Position numbers and translations under genes: made by a program. The notes beneath the pieces are model-generated. The model was given only the letters and a program-made list of their open reading frames with translations. It did no database searches and had not been told where the DNA came from. From assembly GCA_016844945.1 (NCBI GenBank), contig JAERTJ010000086.1:36180-100179 (forward strand): DNA of 64,000 bases, read 5' to 3'. Below, piece by piece: positions 1 through 10,161 of this stretch. Each line of letters opens with the position of its first letter. Position 1 is the first letter of the stretch. This DNA is from Fidelibacterota bacterium (GTDB taxonomy: Bacteria > Fidelibacterota > UBA8477 > JABMPR01).

Positions 1-924
1 CGTGATGGTACTGGCATCTCCAAAAAGTGGATACTGTTCATTTGGGTCCACATCCACAAACAACTGATCCAGATAACCTCTATCCGTATCCAGTGACGCT
101 GTCAGTCTCAGGCCAGGTTTGATACTCCCCTTTGCATAAAATGCAGTACGACCACCCAGTAGGACATGATCACCTAGAGTGGTATTGTTTTGATTCAATA
201 AACCAAAATGTGGTAGTGCATCTGGATTCTGGTCTTCAGCTAGCGTTGAAAGCCCTGCACTTGCAGCACCCACCAGGATAAGCGGTTCCTCAGGGATAGA
301 ATAACTCACCTGGATTTTTTCAGTATAGCCTTGAGAAGCAATTTCCAGCGTGGCTCGTTCTGTGGCAACATCAGGAGCCTGGATTGTGAGTGTAACAAAT
401 CCTTCTATGACCCTTAATTGGAACCCCCCAGAAATTTCATCAGCATCGGGGTCAATAATTGTTCCCGAACTTAGATTCACATTGACAATTTTGAGATCAT
501 GAAGTCGATACCCCCATTCATCCTGGAGTTCGAATTTGTATGTGTGGGTGGTTCGTCCATCAGCAGGCAGTTGGATTAAGCCTGCAGAACTAATAATTTT
601 TTTTGTAGTTCCCAGTGAGTGGATTACTCTTTCAGAAGCGTACTGTTTGCCCCCTGCACCCTCAGCTTCAATGCGGATTTTTACAGGACCTGGAGGAATT
701 TCAACGTTTAGAAAATCTAACAGTCCGTCAATTCTAAATGATTCTGTAGCAACAGCGACATCATTGATATACAGGGTTGCAGGCGCACCTGCTACTCCAG
801 CGACGGTAACTGCTACATGATTGGATTGGGTCACAGTATTTTCTTTGGGTTCTAAAATCAGAACTTGTCCAAAGAGGATAGAAGAAAACAGGAGACCGCT
901 AAAAATTTTGAGTAGTCTATTCAT
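1..924 (-). CDS. Secreted protein, N-terminal 308 codons only (3' end runs off the window). It has a signal peptide, an Ig-like (Big_1/invasin-like) region, then a possible outer-membrane-type segment.
   Basis: My own minus-strand translation from the ATG at 924-922 gives MNRLLKIFSGLLFSSILFGQ... and stays open to position 1. It is absent from the ORF track because no stop lies in the window. The ATG overlaps the stop (917-919) of the upstream 2240-aa gene by 8 nt. LPADGRTTHTYKFELQDEWG resembles a Big_1 motif. Confidence 0.6.
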   Translation of the reverse strand, partial: MNRLLKIFSGLLFSSILFGQVLILEPKENTVTQSNHVAVTVAGVAGAPATLYINDVAVATESFRIDGLLDFLNVEIPPGPVKIRIEAEGAGGKQYASERVIHSLGTTKKIISSAGLIQLPADGRTTHTYKFELQDEWGYRLHDLKIVNVNLSSGTIIDPDADEISGGFQLRVIEGFVTLTIQAPDVATERATLEIASQGYTEKIQVSYSIPEEPLILVGAASAGLSTLAEDQNPDALPHFGLLNQNNTTLGDHVLLGGRTAFYAKGSIKPGLRLTASLDTDRGYLDQLFVDVDPNEQYPLFGDASTIT

Positions 925-3900
925 TGATAGTCCCTGGTTCTTCATTATTCACGGATTTAACTGTGTCCTCAGGTTTTTCAAAGTTCACCTTGAGAACTCT
1001 TTCAATATTACTTGATAGTGCCAACCCATCCTTGTACAGTTGAACATTCATAAATAGATCGCGAACCCCTTCAACACCTTCTGGTGCGTTCAGGTGAATG
1101 GGTGTAACCACTTCGTATGTACCAGGTTCAACGCTCTCACTCCAAGATTTGATTGTCCCGGCAACATCAACATACTCTAAATCATTTGTCAGAGCCAGCG
1201 TAATTGCCATGGAATCTGCTCCTGCATAGGCTGGGAAGCTCAGGTTGAATAGAACCGTTGAGGCTTGGTTCGAAGGAATCACCAGGGCTGAATCAGGTGA
1301 CATAGTTTTTAATGGATCGATTGGGACAACAATCTTCTGTTTCAGAGATTCTTTGATAACATCCAATTCAAGCAATGCGGCTTCACCGACTTCAGCATTC
1401 ACCAGTACTTCAACACGGCGGTTCGTAGCTCTACCAACCCAGGTTTCATTATCGCCTGTTGGATAGTGAGGACCTAAGCCGTGGGTATGGATATTTTCAG
1501 GATTGACTGCATAATTCTCTATCAAATAATTCTTAACACTGGTTGCTCTCCATTCAGATAGGAGCATGTTAAATTCCAGACTTCCTCGATTGTCTGTGAA
1601 TCCCTCAATGACAATCTCAATATCCGGTTGCCATGAAAGGAAATCACCCAATTTGCGAAGACTTGGATAGGCGGATGGTTTCAGGTCTGCTGAACCTACG
1701 TCAAATTGTGTACCTTCAAGAATCATGTTGAAGGAGAGTGTCTCAACAAGGGTTGATATGCGAGTCTCAAGACTGTCTGTAGTGACCACGTTACCTTCCT
1801 CATCGACCATTTCCAGATAGGCGGATACAACACCCGTATTCTGTACTTCATCATAGTCTTCTGGTTTCATGGATACATCAAATTCTTTATGCGTCTTGGA
1901 TTTCCAGTCACCAAAGCTCCACACATCTGATTCACTGGCATGAACGATGGGTTCAAGATTGGTAGAATCGAGCAGGGCGGTACCTTCTTTATAGGCAAAG
2001 CCAGGAGGTAGTTGTTGATGGAATCTGATACCGTGAATGGGTACTTCACCTGTGTAGTTGATATCATACATGAACTCGAGTTGGTTAAATTCAGAGTCAT
2101 CTTCAACGGCGTTATAAAAGACGAGTTCTACACGACGATTCAGAGCACGACCTTCAGGTGTAGCTCCGTCAGCCAATGGTGTTGAGGCGCCCATACCCAG
2201 TGCTTTAATGCGATCTGCATCAATACCCATAGTTTGTATCAGGTAGGTTCTGATCGCTTCTGCACGGGCCTCTGAGAGTGCCTGGTTATCATCAAAGGAA
2301 CTTCCTGGTGCAAGTGGCAGGTGGTCGGTATGACCGTTAATGTCCAGATTGATCTGTGTCTGCCATTTCATCAGGTCGCCAATGTTTTTCAGCTCACTGA
2401 AAATTTCGCTCTGGAGTGTTGCAGATCCAGATACAAAACCAATTCGAATTAACAGACTCCATGGCTTGTATACCAGAAGTCTAAATTCTTCGGTGAGCAT
2501 CTCGGTCTTCATTTCTAGGGTGGATTCTTTACTCAAGACACTGACCAGTTCAAGTTTTTCCAGTGGGATGTTTATGTTTGCACTATCCCCTGAGAATATT
2601 GTTGTGGTCCAATTGCTGAGAGCTAAGCCAATTGAATCCAGTGATGAATCAGACATAAACAGAGTAGCAAATGAAGGCAAGCTGCTTTCATCTATACTCA
2701 AACTCAGGTCACCAAGTGGTGTTTTATCGAAGGTATATTTACCCAGGCTATCTGTCATTGCTACCAGTGAGTCATTGAGTATCATTCGGATATTTGCTTG
2801 AACATCTTCCTCAGTATCCCACATGCCATTACCATTCATATCGTAGTATGCCGTTCCAGTGAGTTTGCCAGGAATAGCAATTTCAGTCAATGCAAAGTTG
2901 ACCTTTGCAATACCGGCGGCAGCGACACGAACAATTTTACTCTGAGTGTCACCAAGATAATCAGGTGAATCAAGAATAATCTCACTGAGGTCAGGTAAGG
3001 TGCGTTCGTTGACACGGATAACATGCATACCGGCTTCAACATCTGGTACGCTGTACTTACCATATTCATCGGTGATGATTCTGGCACCATTTTCCATGAT
3101 GAGTTCAACATTTTTCACTGTTTCCTCATTGTTGTCATGGATGCCATTGGCGTTGGTATCATAGTAGACTTTACCAATGATGAGACCGCGGTCACTAAAC
3201 AGACCCGGTTTTACAATTACATCGGCAGTTGCCAGGTTAGAAATGACAGGGAAACCCAAGAGGGTATGACCCCGAGCCATTACTTCATTTGTATTTGTCC
3301 CTTCGCGGCTGTTCATACCTGAGATTATGCGATATTTCATCACATATGTCTCACCAGGTTGCAACGTGTCACCAATGGTCCAGGACATGGCAATTCGTTT
3401 TCCTGCAGCTTCATTGAAATTTGGATCTCCAATTTTGGATTCATTCCAATAGCTGGTGTTTTTGCGGTATTTAAAACCGTAAGGAAGCACATCTTCGATT
3501 ACAAAGTCATGGACGATGTCATCAACACTGGTGTTGGTCATTTTCACTGTATAAGTGATGACGTCACCAATTTCGATAACACGACGGTTACTTTGTTTTT
3601 CAACTTTAAGGAATGGGAAGATAATTTTGGTCTTCGCATTCGAGTTCGGATTTCTATCGCTCCAGGTGCTATCAAGTTCACTAGCTACGAGTACGCGATT
3701 TTCAATCCATCCCAGACCTGCATCGATTGTAATCTTTGCATCGAATTCAATCGTGATTGAATCATTGACATTAATACCCGCTCTCTCAAATCTCATTTCA
3801 TTTGAGAATGCATCCAGACCAGTATAGACGGTGTTCATATCCGTCTGGATAGATGTCTCAATCAGATTAAGTCCTGTGGGTAGATAATCAGTGATAAACA

Positions 3901-6900
3901 CTGAGTCTAGGAAGGTTACATCTTGAGTACCCAGATTAATGACATAGTGGAGTGTATCTCCCACTGCGGCTTCAACCTTATCTACGGTCTTAATGGCGTA
4001 GAAGGGAGAACTTCTCAGGGTAACATTGGCATTCACAACGTATAGTCCAGGAGTTGTTAGATTTACATCTAGTCCGCCATCGCTATATGAGCTGATGCCA
4101 TTATAGACAACCTGAAGACTGTATTCGCCTGGATATAAATTCGTAAAGAAATACTGTCCAGTAGAATCAGTATAGGTTGAGTCGGTCATGTGATGATCGG
4201 CGGTTTTTCCCAGGGTTGATGTTGTATCAATAACATCACCATTGACGATGACAAGGATACTGTCCTCAGAAATGACTTCACCTGTAATTTCATCATATAA
4301 CCAACCTGAAACAGAATTGAGATTGGTAACCAAAGATCCTTCATTTGGTGTAGCAATTTCAATTTCCTGTACGGTTTCATACTCATTACCATCATCACCT
4401 ATCAGTGTGTAGATAATCTGATAAAAATCATCGCGATAGATAGGAATGAGATAGTAACCGTCAGCGTTGGTACTATCATGACCTGCATATTCGCCTGTTT
4501 CTACATATCTCAATTCAACCCGGACACCTTCTTGGGGAAGACCTTCATAATTGTAGATAATTCCGTCAAAGGCTCCAATCATGAAGACAACCTGAGTTGT
4601 GTCATCAGCATAATCGGTGGCTGAGTAAATAGCCCTGGCGTAAGGTGTAGCTGTCACCGCTTCAAACAGGACGGTATCAGATACCAGCGTGCTAAATGCG
4701 ACACCATCAACAGTGGAAGATGTCAATGCTGAATCAGGAATAGTACCTTCATCAGTATAGAAGTTCACATTTACGCCATCTGGTACCGGATTGCCCAGGA
4801 ATGAATATACATGAGCAGCCAGGGTTGAGAAGGAAGCACCGTTACCAAGAATTGTTCTGGGGTCAGCATCAAGAACAACACTGAGGGGTAGAATATTCGT
4901 AGTCAGAGCTTCCGCAGGAATATCTTCAGACTCATTAGAAACTAACCAGGCACGGTTTCCAACTTGAGCACCATGTTCCAGCATTGCAGTAACTGTGGTA
5001 GTAATGGTGAAACTTTCTGTCTGCTCAACATTGAGTGGTCCGATGTTCCAGGACAGTGAATGTGAGGCTGGATCATAATCATAATTTCCAGTTGCACCCA
5101 GGAATGTCACCCGTGAATCGAGTGTATCCAGGATAGTCACACCACTTGCATGGTCGGTTCCATAATTAGCAACATCCAGTTGGTAGTGAATCGTATCTCC
5201 AGGGAAAACCTCAAGATCTGCTGTTTTGGTAAACACAAAATCTGGGCTTGCCACGACGATAGCCAACCAGGTTGCTGAAGCTTGTAAGATATTATCTGAG
5301 TAGATATAAGCTGTATTTGGTATTTGCAAACCATTGGGTAGAGGATAGTTAACCTCTACATCAATCGTATACTCTGCAGCAGGTTCAGTGACTGCATGTA
5401 CCTGATCTCGGCCAGATGAAGAGTTTTCACTGATTTTACCAGCGACACCTTCTGGCTCCGTAGGTTCAAGGTCACCAATATTCCATGTTACGGCGTGACT
5501 GGAGGGATCATAGATTCCACCATTCGATGCACCACGGAATGTGACTTCTTCTGGCAGTGAGTCAACCACAATAACGTTTGTCGCTATTGTGTCACCCACG
5601 TTTTCAAAAGAGAGGTCATATTGGATCAATTCACCTGCTAGGATGTATGTTGTGTCAGCAATGAGAACAATATTCATCACTGGAGCACGCAGGGTCGTAT
5701 TGAATATATCAACACTTTGCGCACCTTGTTCACATGTAAGGAAAGCACCATTGGGAAGTGAGCCAGTGCCAAGTAAGTCATCACGTACTTTTGCAGTAAT
5801 CCCTACGACACCAGAATCACCAGGAGCCAGATCTTCAAGGTTCCAGGTTACAATTCTAGTCAGCGGATCATATGCATGCTGACGTGTTGCACTGATATAT
5901 TCAAGATTGATATCCAGTGTGTCATGAAGTACAACACCAGTCGCAATCTCTGTTCCCATGTTGCTGTAATCCAGATTATAGAGGATGGTGTCCCCAGCCA
6001 TGACAATCCGATTTCCACTGATGTCCAGGAATAGCCCTGGAGTCGAGTGAATCTCGGTACTTATTGCAGATTGGGTAGCACTACCTTCGATACAGGATAA
6101 GTGAGCCGTGTTTTCCAGAGTTGTGCCATCGATAACCGGATATTTCACATATGTGACCAGTTCCAGAGAATCGGAAGCACCCGAGGCTACATTTCCAATG
6201 TTCCAGAGAACACTGTGGCTTGCCTCATCATATTCATAAGCGATTGAACTAGAGCCCACAGTTAGTTCTGGGGGAAGGGTATCAGTCAAGACCACATCGT
6301 GGGCCATTGAATTACCGGTGTTACCCATTACAAAGGTATACACCAGCGAATCCCCGGCCAGGACTGTTGGTTCAGCTAACTTCTCTAGTACCAATTCAGG
6401 GAAAGCAGCCAGTGATACAGTATGATCACCAAAATTACTTCCTGCATTGGTCGTAGATATCCAGGCTCTATTTGTTACTTGTGGTCTGGCTTCAAGGAGC
6501 GAGCCGACCACCGTTACAACGGACAGGTTAATTTCACTTCCAGAATTCAGAGTGCCCAGCGTCCATTGGACGGCACCATCTTCAAATTCTCCATCATTTG
6601 ATGCGGACAGGAACTGAAGTGGATGGGGCAGTGTATCTGTTACGTTGATATCATTCACGGGATCTGGAGAAGTGTTATCGATCGTGATAACGAACTCAAT
6701 CGTATCTCCATAGCCATACTCACTATCTGCAGCCCATTTTTCAATAGTCTGAATCCATGGATTAGCAAGTGAAGTAGCAGAAGCTTCGTTGGAAGCGCCT
6801 TCATCATTCACAACCATGGCTGTATTGGTAAGGTTGGTATTGGCTGGCATTGACGCATTAATAACAACGTCTAATGTGATACTGGCTGAGTCACCCTCTG

Positions 6901-7639
6901 CAAGATCTCCAAGCATCCAGGTTACCGTGCCATCTGCAAATGTTCCACCTTGGGAAGCATTTGCAAAACTGACGTGTGCTGGTAGCTCATCCGAGACAAG
7001 AGTACCCGTAGAAGTAACATTGCCTGTGTTATATACATTGATGGTATAATGAGTCGTATCTCCCACCAGGGAAACATCCTCAGCAACCAATTTTGCAATA
7101 ACCAGGTCTGAAAATGATCCGATAGTTACATCAACGGATTCACTAGATAGTTCAATTCCTCCAGGAATAGCCAACCAGGCGATATTTGAAATCACCTCAT
7201 CAGCAGGAAGATTTGAATCTACAAGAACTTCCAACTCGATCACAAAGTTTGCGCCACCTGCGAGTTCTGGTACATCCCAATTCAGGATTTGACCATCAAT
7301 ATTCGCAGCAGGCAAACTTGAGATCAACTCAAGTCCTGTACCCAATGTATCAGTTATAGTAAATGGATCGGGTGAAGTATTACCTGTGTTTGAAACAGTG
7401 ATTGTATAGGTCAAACTCTCGCCTGGTGCCACAACACTGGCACTTGCGGATTTGGAGATTGTCAGTACGGAACCTGCTGCAACTGTCGTTTCGACATTGT
7501 TGGAGCTATTAACAAATGTGACCTCAGCAGCATCCTGGTGGGATGACTGTGCCACATTGTTAATCACGGTACCAACTGGAACCTGACCAAATACCACGGC
7601 TCCCATGAGGGAGATTAAGGCGAGGATTCGTCTCATCAT
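917..7639 (-). CDS. Giant (2240 aa) secreted envelope protein. It has many DUF11-type 'conserved repeat' domains, carboxypeptidase-regulatory-like and SdrD-B-like modules, and two C-terminal OmpA-like peptidoglycan-binding domains.
   Basis: Signal peptide MMRRILALISLMGAVVFGQ. Reiterated (L/I)xYTITVxNTGN...V.DTLP..L motifs. GKVYYDTNANGIHDNNEE and GTAYYDMNGNGMWDTEED are SdrD-B-like. OmpA motifs are NGHTDHLP...LSEARAEAIRTYL...NRRVELVF (~2110-2480) and EGFTDNRGS...LSEWRATSVKNYL...NRRVEVLV (~1395-1725). Confidence 0.9.
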   Translation of the reverse strand: MMRRILALISLMGAVVFGQVPVGTVINNVAQSSHQDAAEVTFVNSSNNVETTVAAGSVLTISKSASASVVAPGESLTYTITVSNTGNTSPDPFTITDTLGTGLELISSLPAANIDGQILNWDVPELAGGANFVIELEVLVDSNLPADEVISNIAWLAIPGGIELSSESVDVTIGSFSDLVIAKLVAEDVSLVGDTTHYTINVYNTGNVTSTGTLVSDELPAHVSFANASQGGTFADGTVTWMLGDLAEGDSASITLDVVINASMPANTNLTNTAMVVNDEGASNEASATSLANPWIQTIEKWAADSEYGYGDTIEFVITIDNTSPDPVNDINVTDTLPHPLQFLSASNDGEFEDGAVQWTLGTLNSGSEINLSVVTVVGSLLEARPQVTNRAWISTTNAGSNFGDHTVSLAAFPELVLEKLAEPTVLAGDSLVYTFVMGNTGNSMAHDVVLTDTLPPELTVGSSSIAYEYDEASHSVLWNIGNVASGASDSLELVTYVKYPVIDGTTLENTAHLSCIEGSATQSAISTEIHSTPGLFLDISGNRIVMAGDTILYNLDYSNMGTEIATGVVLHDTLDINLEYISATRQHAYDPLTRIVTWNLEDLAPGDSGVVGITAKVRDDLLGTGSLPNGAFLTCEQGAQSVDIFNTTLRAPVMNIVLIADTTYILAGELIQYDLSFENVGDTIATNVIVVDSLPEEVTFRGASNGGIYDPSSHAVTWNIGDLEPTEPEGVAGKISENSSSGRDQVHAVTEPAAEYTIDVEVNYPLPNGLQIPNTAYIYSDNILQASATWLAIVVASPDFVFTKTADLEVFPGDTIHYQLDVANYGTDHASGVTILDTLDSRVTFLGATGNYDYDPASHSLSWNIGPLNVEQTESFTITTTVTAMLEHGAQVGNRAWLVSNESEDIPAEALTTNILPLSVVLDADPRTILGNGASFSTLAAHVYSFLGNPVPDGVNVNFYTDEGTIPDSALTSSTVDGVAFSTLVSDTVLFEAVTATPYARAIYSATDYADDTTQVVFMIGAFDGIIYNYEGLPQEGVRVELRYVETGEYAGHDSTNADGYYLIPIYRDDFYQIIYTLIGDDGNEYETVQEIEIATPNEGSLVTNLNSVSGWLYDEITGEVISEDSILVIVNGDVIDTTSTLGKTADHHMTDSTYTDSTGQYFFTNLYPGEYSLQVVYNGISSYSDGGLDVNLTTPGLYVVNANVTLRSSPFYAIKTVDKVEAAVGDTLHYVINLGTQDVTFLDSVFITDYLPTGLNLIETSIQTDMNTVYTGLDAFSNEMRFERAGINVNDSITIEFDAKITIDAGLGWIENRVLVASELDSTWSDRNPNSNAKTKIIFPFLKVEKQSNRRVIEIGDVITYTVKMTNTSVDDIVHDFVIEDVLPYGFKYRKNTSYWNESKIGDPNFNEAAGKRIAMSWTIGDTLQPGETYVMKYRIISGMNSREGTNTNEVMARGHTLLGFPVISNLATADVIVKPGLFSDRGLIIGKVYYDTNANGIHDNNEETVKNVELIMENGARIITDEYGKYSVPDVEAGMHVIRVNERTLPDLSEIILDSPDYLGDTQSKIVRVAAAGIAKVNFALTEIAIPGKLTGTAYYDMNGNGMWDTEEDVQANIRMILNDSLVAMTDSLGKYTFDKTPLGDLSLSIDESSLPSFATLFMSDSSLDSIGLALSNWTTTIFSGDSANINIPLEKLELVSVLSKESTLEMKTEMLTEEFRLLVYKPWSLLIRIGFVSGSATLQSEIFSELKNIGDLMKWQTQINLDINGHTDHLPLAPGSSFDDNQALSEARAEAIRTYLIQTMGIDADRIKALGMGASTPLADGATPEGRALNRRVELVFYNAVEDDSEFNQLEFMYDINYTGEVPIHGIRFHQQLPPGFAYKEGTALLDSTNLEPIVHASESDVWSFGDWKSKTHKEFDVSMKPEDYDEVQNTGVVSAYLEMVDEEGNVVTTDSLETRISTLVETLSFNMILEGTQFDVGSADLKPSAYPSLRKLGDFLSWQPDIEIVIEGFTDNRGSLEFNMLLSEWRATSVKNYLIENYAVNPENIHTHGLGPHYPTGDNETWVGRATNRRVEVLVNAEVGEAALLELDVIKESLKQKIVVPIDPLKTMSPDSALVIPSNQASTVLFNLSFPAYAGADSMAITLALTNDLEYVDVAGTIKSWSESVEPGTYEVVTPIHLNAPEGVEGVRDLFMNVQLYKDGLALSSNIERVLKVNFEKPEDTVKSVNNEEPGTINE

Positions 7640-7701
7640 CCGCTCATGGGATTCGTGTGGAGGGTTTTGAACCTAAAAATCACGTTAGCCTTTAGGGAGC
7701 C

Positions 7702-9468
7702 TTAGTCGATTACCACATCAAAAGTAATGACTTGTGGATCACTAACCGCTACAGTGCCGAAGGTAATAGTGACAACACCTTTGGAGTTAACTCCACCAGT
7801 AGTTGTTGCTACGACTTCATCAGCATCTGAACCATCAGTCTTGGTAACATTGTTGATTTCAACAGTACCGGTCTGGTAGGTTACGTCTGCAGGAATGTGG
7901 TCGGTAATGACGACAGTTCTGGCATCCGCATGTCCTGAGTTGGTTACGGTGAGTGTGTAGGTTAAGGTTGTCCCTGGAGGCTGATCACCTGAAGGTGAAA
8001 CAGCTTTCAGAAGACCAGTTTCGCTTACAATGACAGGTGCAAGACAGGTAATGGCACCAGTTGCACTATCAGTGGCAGGATCGTTGGCTGAAGTAGCTGT
8101 AAACGTGAGATTATCATTGGCTTGATCAATGGTACCACCGACGATTGTTGCTACGGCGATATATGAGATCGATGCATCTGCAGCCAATGTTCCAGTATTC
8201 AATGAAGCTACTGGTGTATTGTCTTCTGTACCGCTTAGAAGGCCATCACCATTGGTATCAATGTAAAAGACCCAGACAGTTGTAAAATCAGTGTCTGTGA
8301 GATCTGCATCCGTAACTGGTGAACTGAAATTGAAATTATCATTGCCATTTCCGTCATTGGTGATGGTGAATGGGTACTTGATAGTGTCAATGGCAGCTTC
8401 GCCAGTAAAGGAAGTCGATGCTGCACCAGTATGTTCAACGGTCACACCATAAGTCTGTGCAACTGATGGACCACCGGTGTTATCAGTTGGAACATCAGCA
8501 GGATAGGGAACATCATCTTCATTATCGAAGGTGATTTGTGGGGTATCTGGTGTCAGATCAAGATCTGCAAGTGCATCTGTTGGAACAACAACAGAATAGG
8601 TGACACAAAGCTGAGGGTCAGTAGTCAGCATGTCTCCAATAGGAACAGTCAGTACGCGAGATTGTGTGTCATAATCAACAGAACCTGATGGAATCTGTGT
8701 GGCACCAACGTACACACTGTTCAGATCGAGTGTTACGCCAGCTGGGATAACCGTTGTATAGACCAGACCATAAGCAGTTGCTGTACCATCATTTGTTAGA
8801 CAAACGGAGTACTCTACTGCATCACCTGGCTGTGGAGTTGGATCATCCACAGTGATCACAGCGTCGATTGAAGCAGCCTGAATAGTGGTGGTCAGTATGA
8901 TGGTTGCATCAACTGGAGCACCTGCATCCTGACTCAGATTATAGGCAGATGCGCCAGTAATCGTCAGTGTGTGCTCACTGGCAGCAGGAGAACCACCTGA
9001 GAAGGTGTCAGTAACGCGGACAACCAGCCGATAGTACTCATCGATATCGATACTACCAGTTGTGTCGACAATACCATCGTCAATTTCTGCCTGCTCAAGT
9101 GTTCCATTCCCATTTAGATCATGGTAGATCTCATAGGTGAATGATGAACCAGCAGTTGCTGCATCTGAAGCAGCAATGGTAAAGTTATCGAAATCATTAC
9201 CATTGTTCTGAAATGCCACTGAGTAAACAGTGGATGCCATGGTACTCATGGCTTTGTCGAGTGTTGTACCGAATGATGCATACGCTACCTGACTAACGGT
9301 AGTTGTCACTTCGTTAGAGGCGACTGCATCCATTGCAACTCCACTGGCATCATTGTAGGTACCAGTTGCCATATTCGTAATGGTCGTTCCAGAACGAGTA
9401 ATGGCGCTTGCTGTTGCGACCATCCCTAACAGGACGATTGCCACGATTAAGAAGCGTGTAGGTTTCAT
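7702..9468 (-). CDS. Secreted DUF11-type repeat protein (~588 aa).
   Basis: I chose the internal start MKPTRFLIVAIVLLGMVATASA (signal peptide), which has GGAGGG 7 nt upstream. DUF11-like units include TLTYTLTVTNSGHADARTVVITDHIPADVTY and AVEYSVCLTNDGTATAYGLVYTTVIPAGVTL. Confidence 0.8.
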   Translation of the reverse strand: MKPTRFLIVAIVLLGMVATASAITRSGTTITNMATGTYNDASGVAMDAVASNEVTTTVSQVAYASFGTTLDKAMSTMASTVYSVAFQNNGNDFDNFTIAASDAATAGSSFTYEIYHDLNGNGTLEQAEIDDGIVDTTGSIDIDEYYRLVVRVTDTFSGGSPAASEHTLTITGASAYNLSQDAGAPVDATIILTTTIQAASIDAVITVDDPTPQPGDAVEYSVCLTNDGTATAYGLVYTTVIPAGVTLDLNSVYVGATQIPSGSVDYDTQSRVLTVPIGDMLTTDPQLCVTYSVVVPTDALADLDLTPDTPQITFDNEDDVPYPADVPTDNTGGPSVAQTYGVTVEHTGAASTSFTGEAAIDTIKYPFTITNDGNGNDNFNFSSPVTDADLTDTDFTTVWVFYIDTNGDGLLSGTEDNTPVASLNTGTLAADASISYIAVATIVGGTIDQANDNLTFTATSANDPATDSATGAITCLAPVIVSETGLLKAVSPSGDQPPGTTLTYTLTVTNSGHADARTVVITDHIPADVTYQTGTVEINNVTKTDGSDADEVVATTTGGVNSKGVVTITFGTVAVSDPQVITFDVVID

Positions 9469-9554
9469 TTTAAACCCTCCTTTTGTTTGCTTCTGTTGTT
9501 GATTAATATTTTGGGATTCCATGTTGGAATCTTGGTTCATGCTTAAAGTTTTCA

Positions 9555-10049
9555 TTAGTTGTTAACCTCCACTAAGAATTCCATTGTTGACTTTTCACCC
9601 GGTTGCAAATCCTTCTGAATTGCCCATTTGATATGGGTAATCATTTCCGGGGTTGCTTCACGTTTGATCAGAATACCCTTTGAGTTTCTAACCGTATAGG
9701 TGGGCGGCCAGGCCATATAGGTTCCGCCCTGGTTCAAGGAATAGCTAATTTCCGTGTTATCACCTCTAGCACTTTTGGGGACATATGTCACACCAGCGGG
9801 AATAGGATCGACAATCTCCGGATCCGTCATCAGACCGGTACCAACATTTGAGGCAGTCAAGACATACTGGATGGTGTCACCAGGTGAATACGTCACTTGG
9901 GCTCCATCGACTATCTCAGCTGCTGTCAGATTGACTTTGGAATCTTCAACATGGAGTTCGAGCTTCGGTGCACCTTGACCGAAAGCCATCGAAATACTCA
10001 TGATAGCAATTACTGCCATTTTCCAACTATTGCTTCTCTCACTCTTCAT
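9555..10049 (-). CDS. Small secreted single-DUF11-domain protein (~164 aa), first gene of the operon.
   Basis: The start at MKSERSNSWKMAVIAIMSISMAFGQ (signal peptide) is preceded by GGAGGAAGAG. The domain motif is DTIQYVLTASNVGTGLMTDPEIVDPIPAGVTYVP. The 104 codons further upstream in the track ORF look non-coding. Confidence 0.7.
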   Translation of the reverse strand: MKSERSNSWKMAVIAIMSISMAFGQGAPKLELHVEDSKVNLTAAEIVDGAQVTYSPGDTIQYVLTASNVGTGLMTDPEIVDPIPAGVTYVPKSARGDNTEISYSLNQGGTYMAWPPTYTVRNSKGILIKREATPEMITHIKWAIQKDLQPGEKSTMEFLVEVNN

Positions 10050-10145
10050 CTCTTCCTCCGTTGTTGCATTTTCAGTCACAAATAATTTTTTGTAACCAAC
10101 AGAATTTTTTGAAATCTCTAGGGGATTTTCTGTGTTCATTTCCGA

Positions 10146-10161
10146 TGTGATTTTTGTCACA
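10146..10161. promoter_or_regulatory. Perfect TGTGA-N6-TCACA palindrome (CRP/FNR-superfamily-type operator) about 100 nt upstream of the DUF11 operon start codon.
   Basis: The sequence aTGTGAtttttgTCACAt was read directly and matches the classical CRP half-site arrangement exactly. Confidence 0.4.

Noticed and set aside
536-1015. Plus-strand track ORFs of 94 aa and 64 aa.
   Set aside because: They lie antisense to a continuous minus-strand reading frame that has a signal peptide and is coupled to the upstream gene. They have odd composition and no RBS.
9469-9555. N-terminal 29-codon extension of the 617-aa track ORF (MKTLSMNQDSNMESQNINQQQKQTKGGFK).
   Set aside because: The internal Met has a strong GGAGGG RBS and begins a typical signal peptide. 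The extension is low-complexity and would bury that signal peptide.
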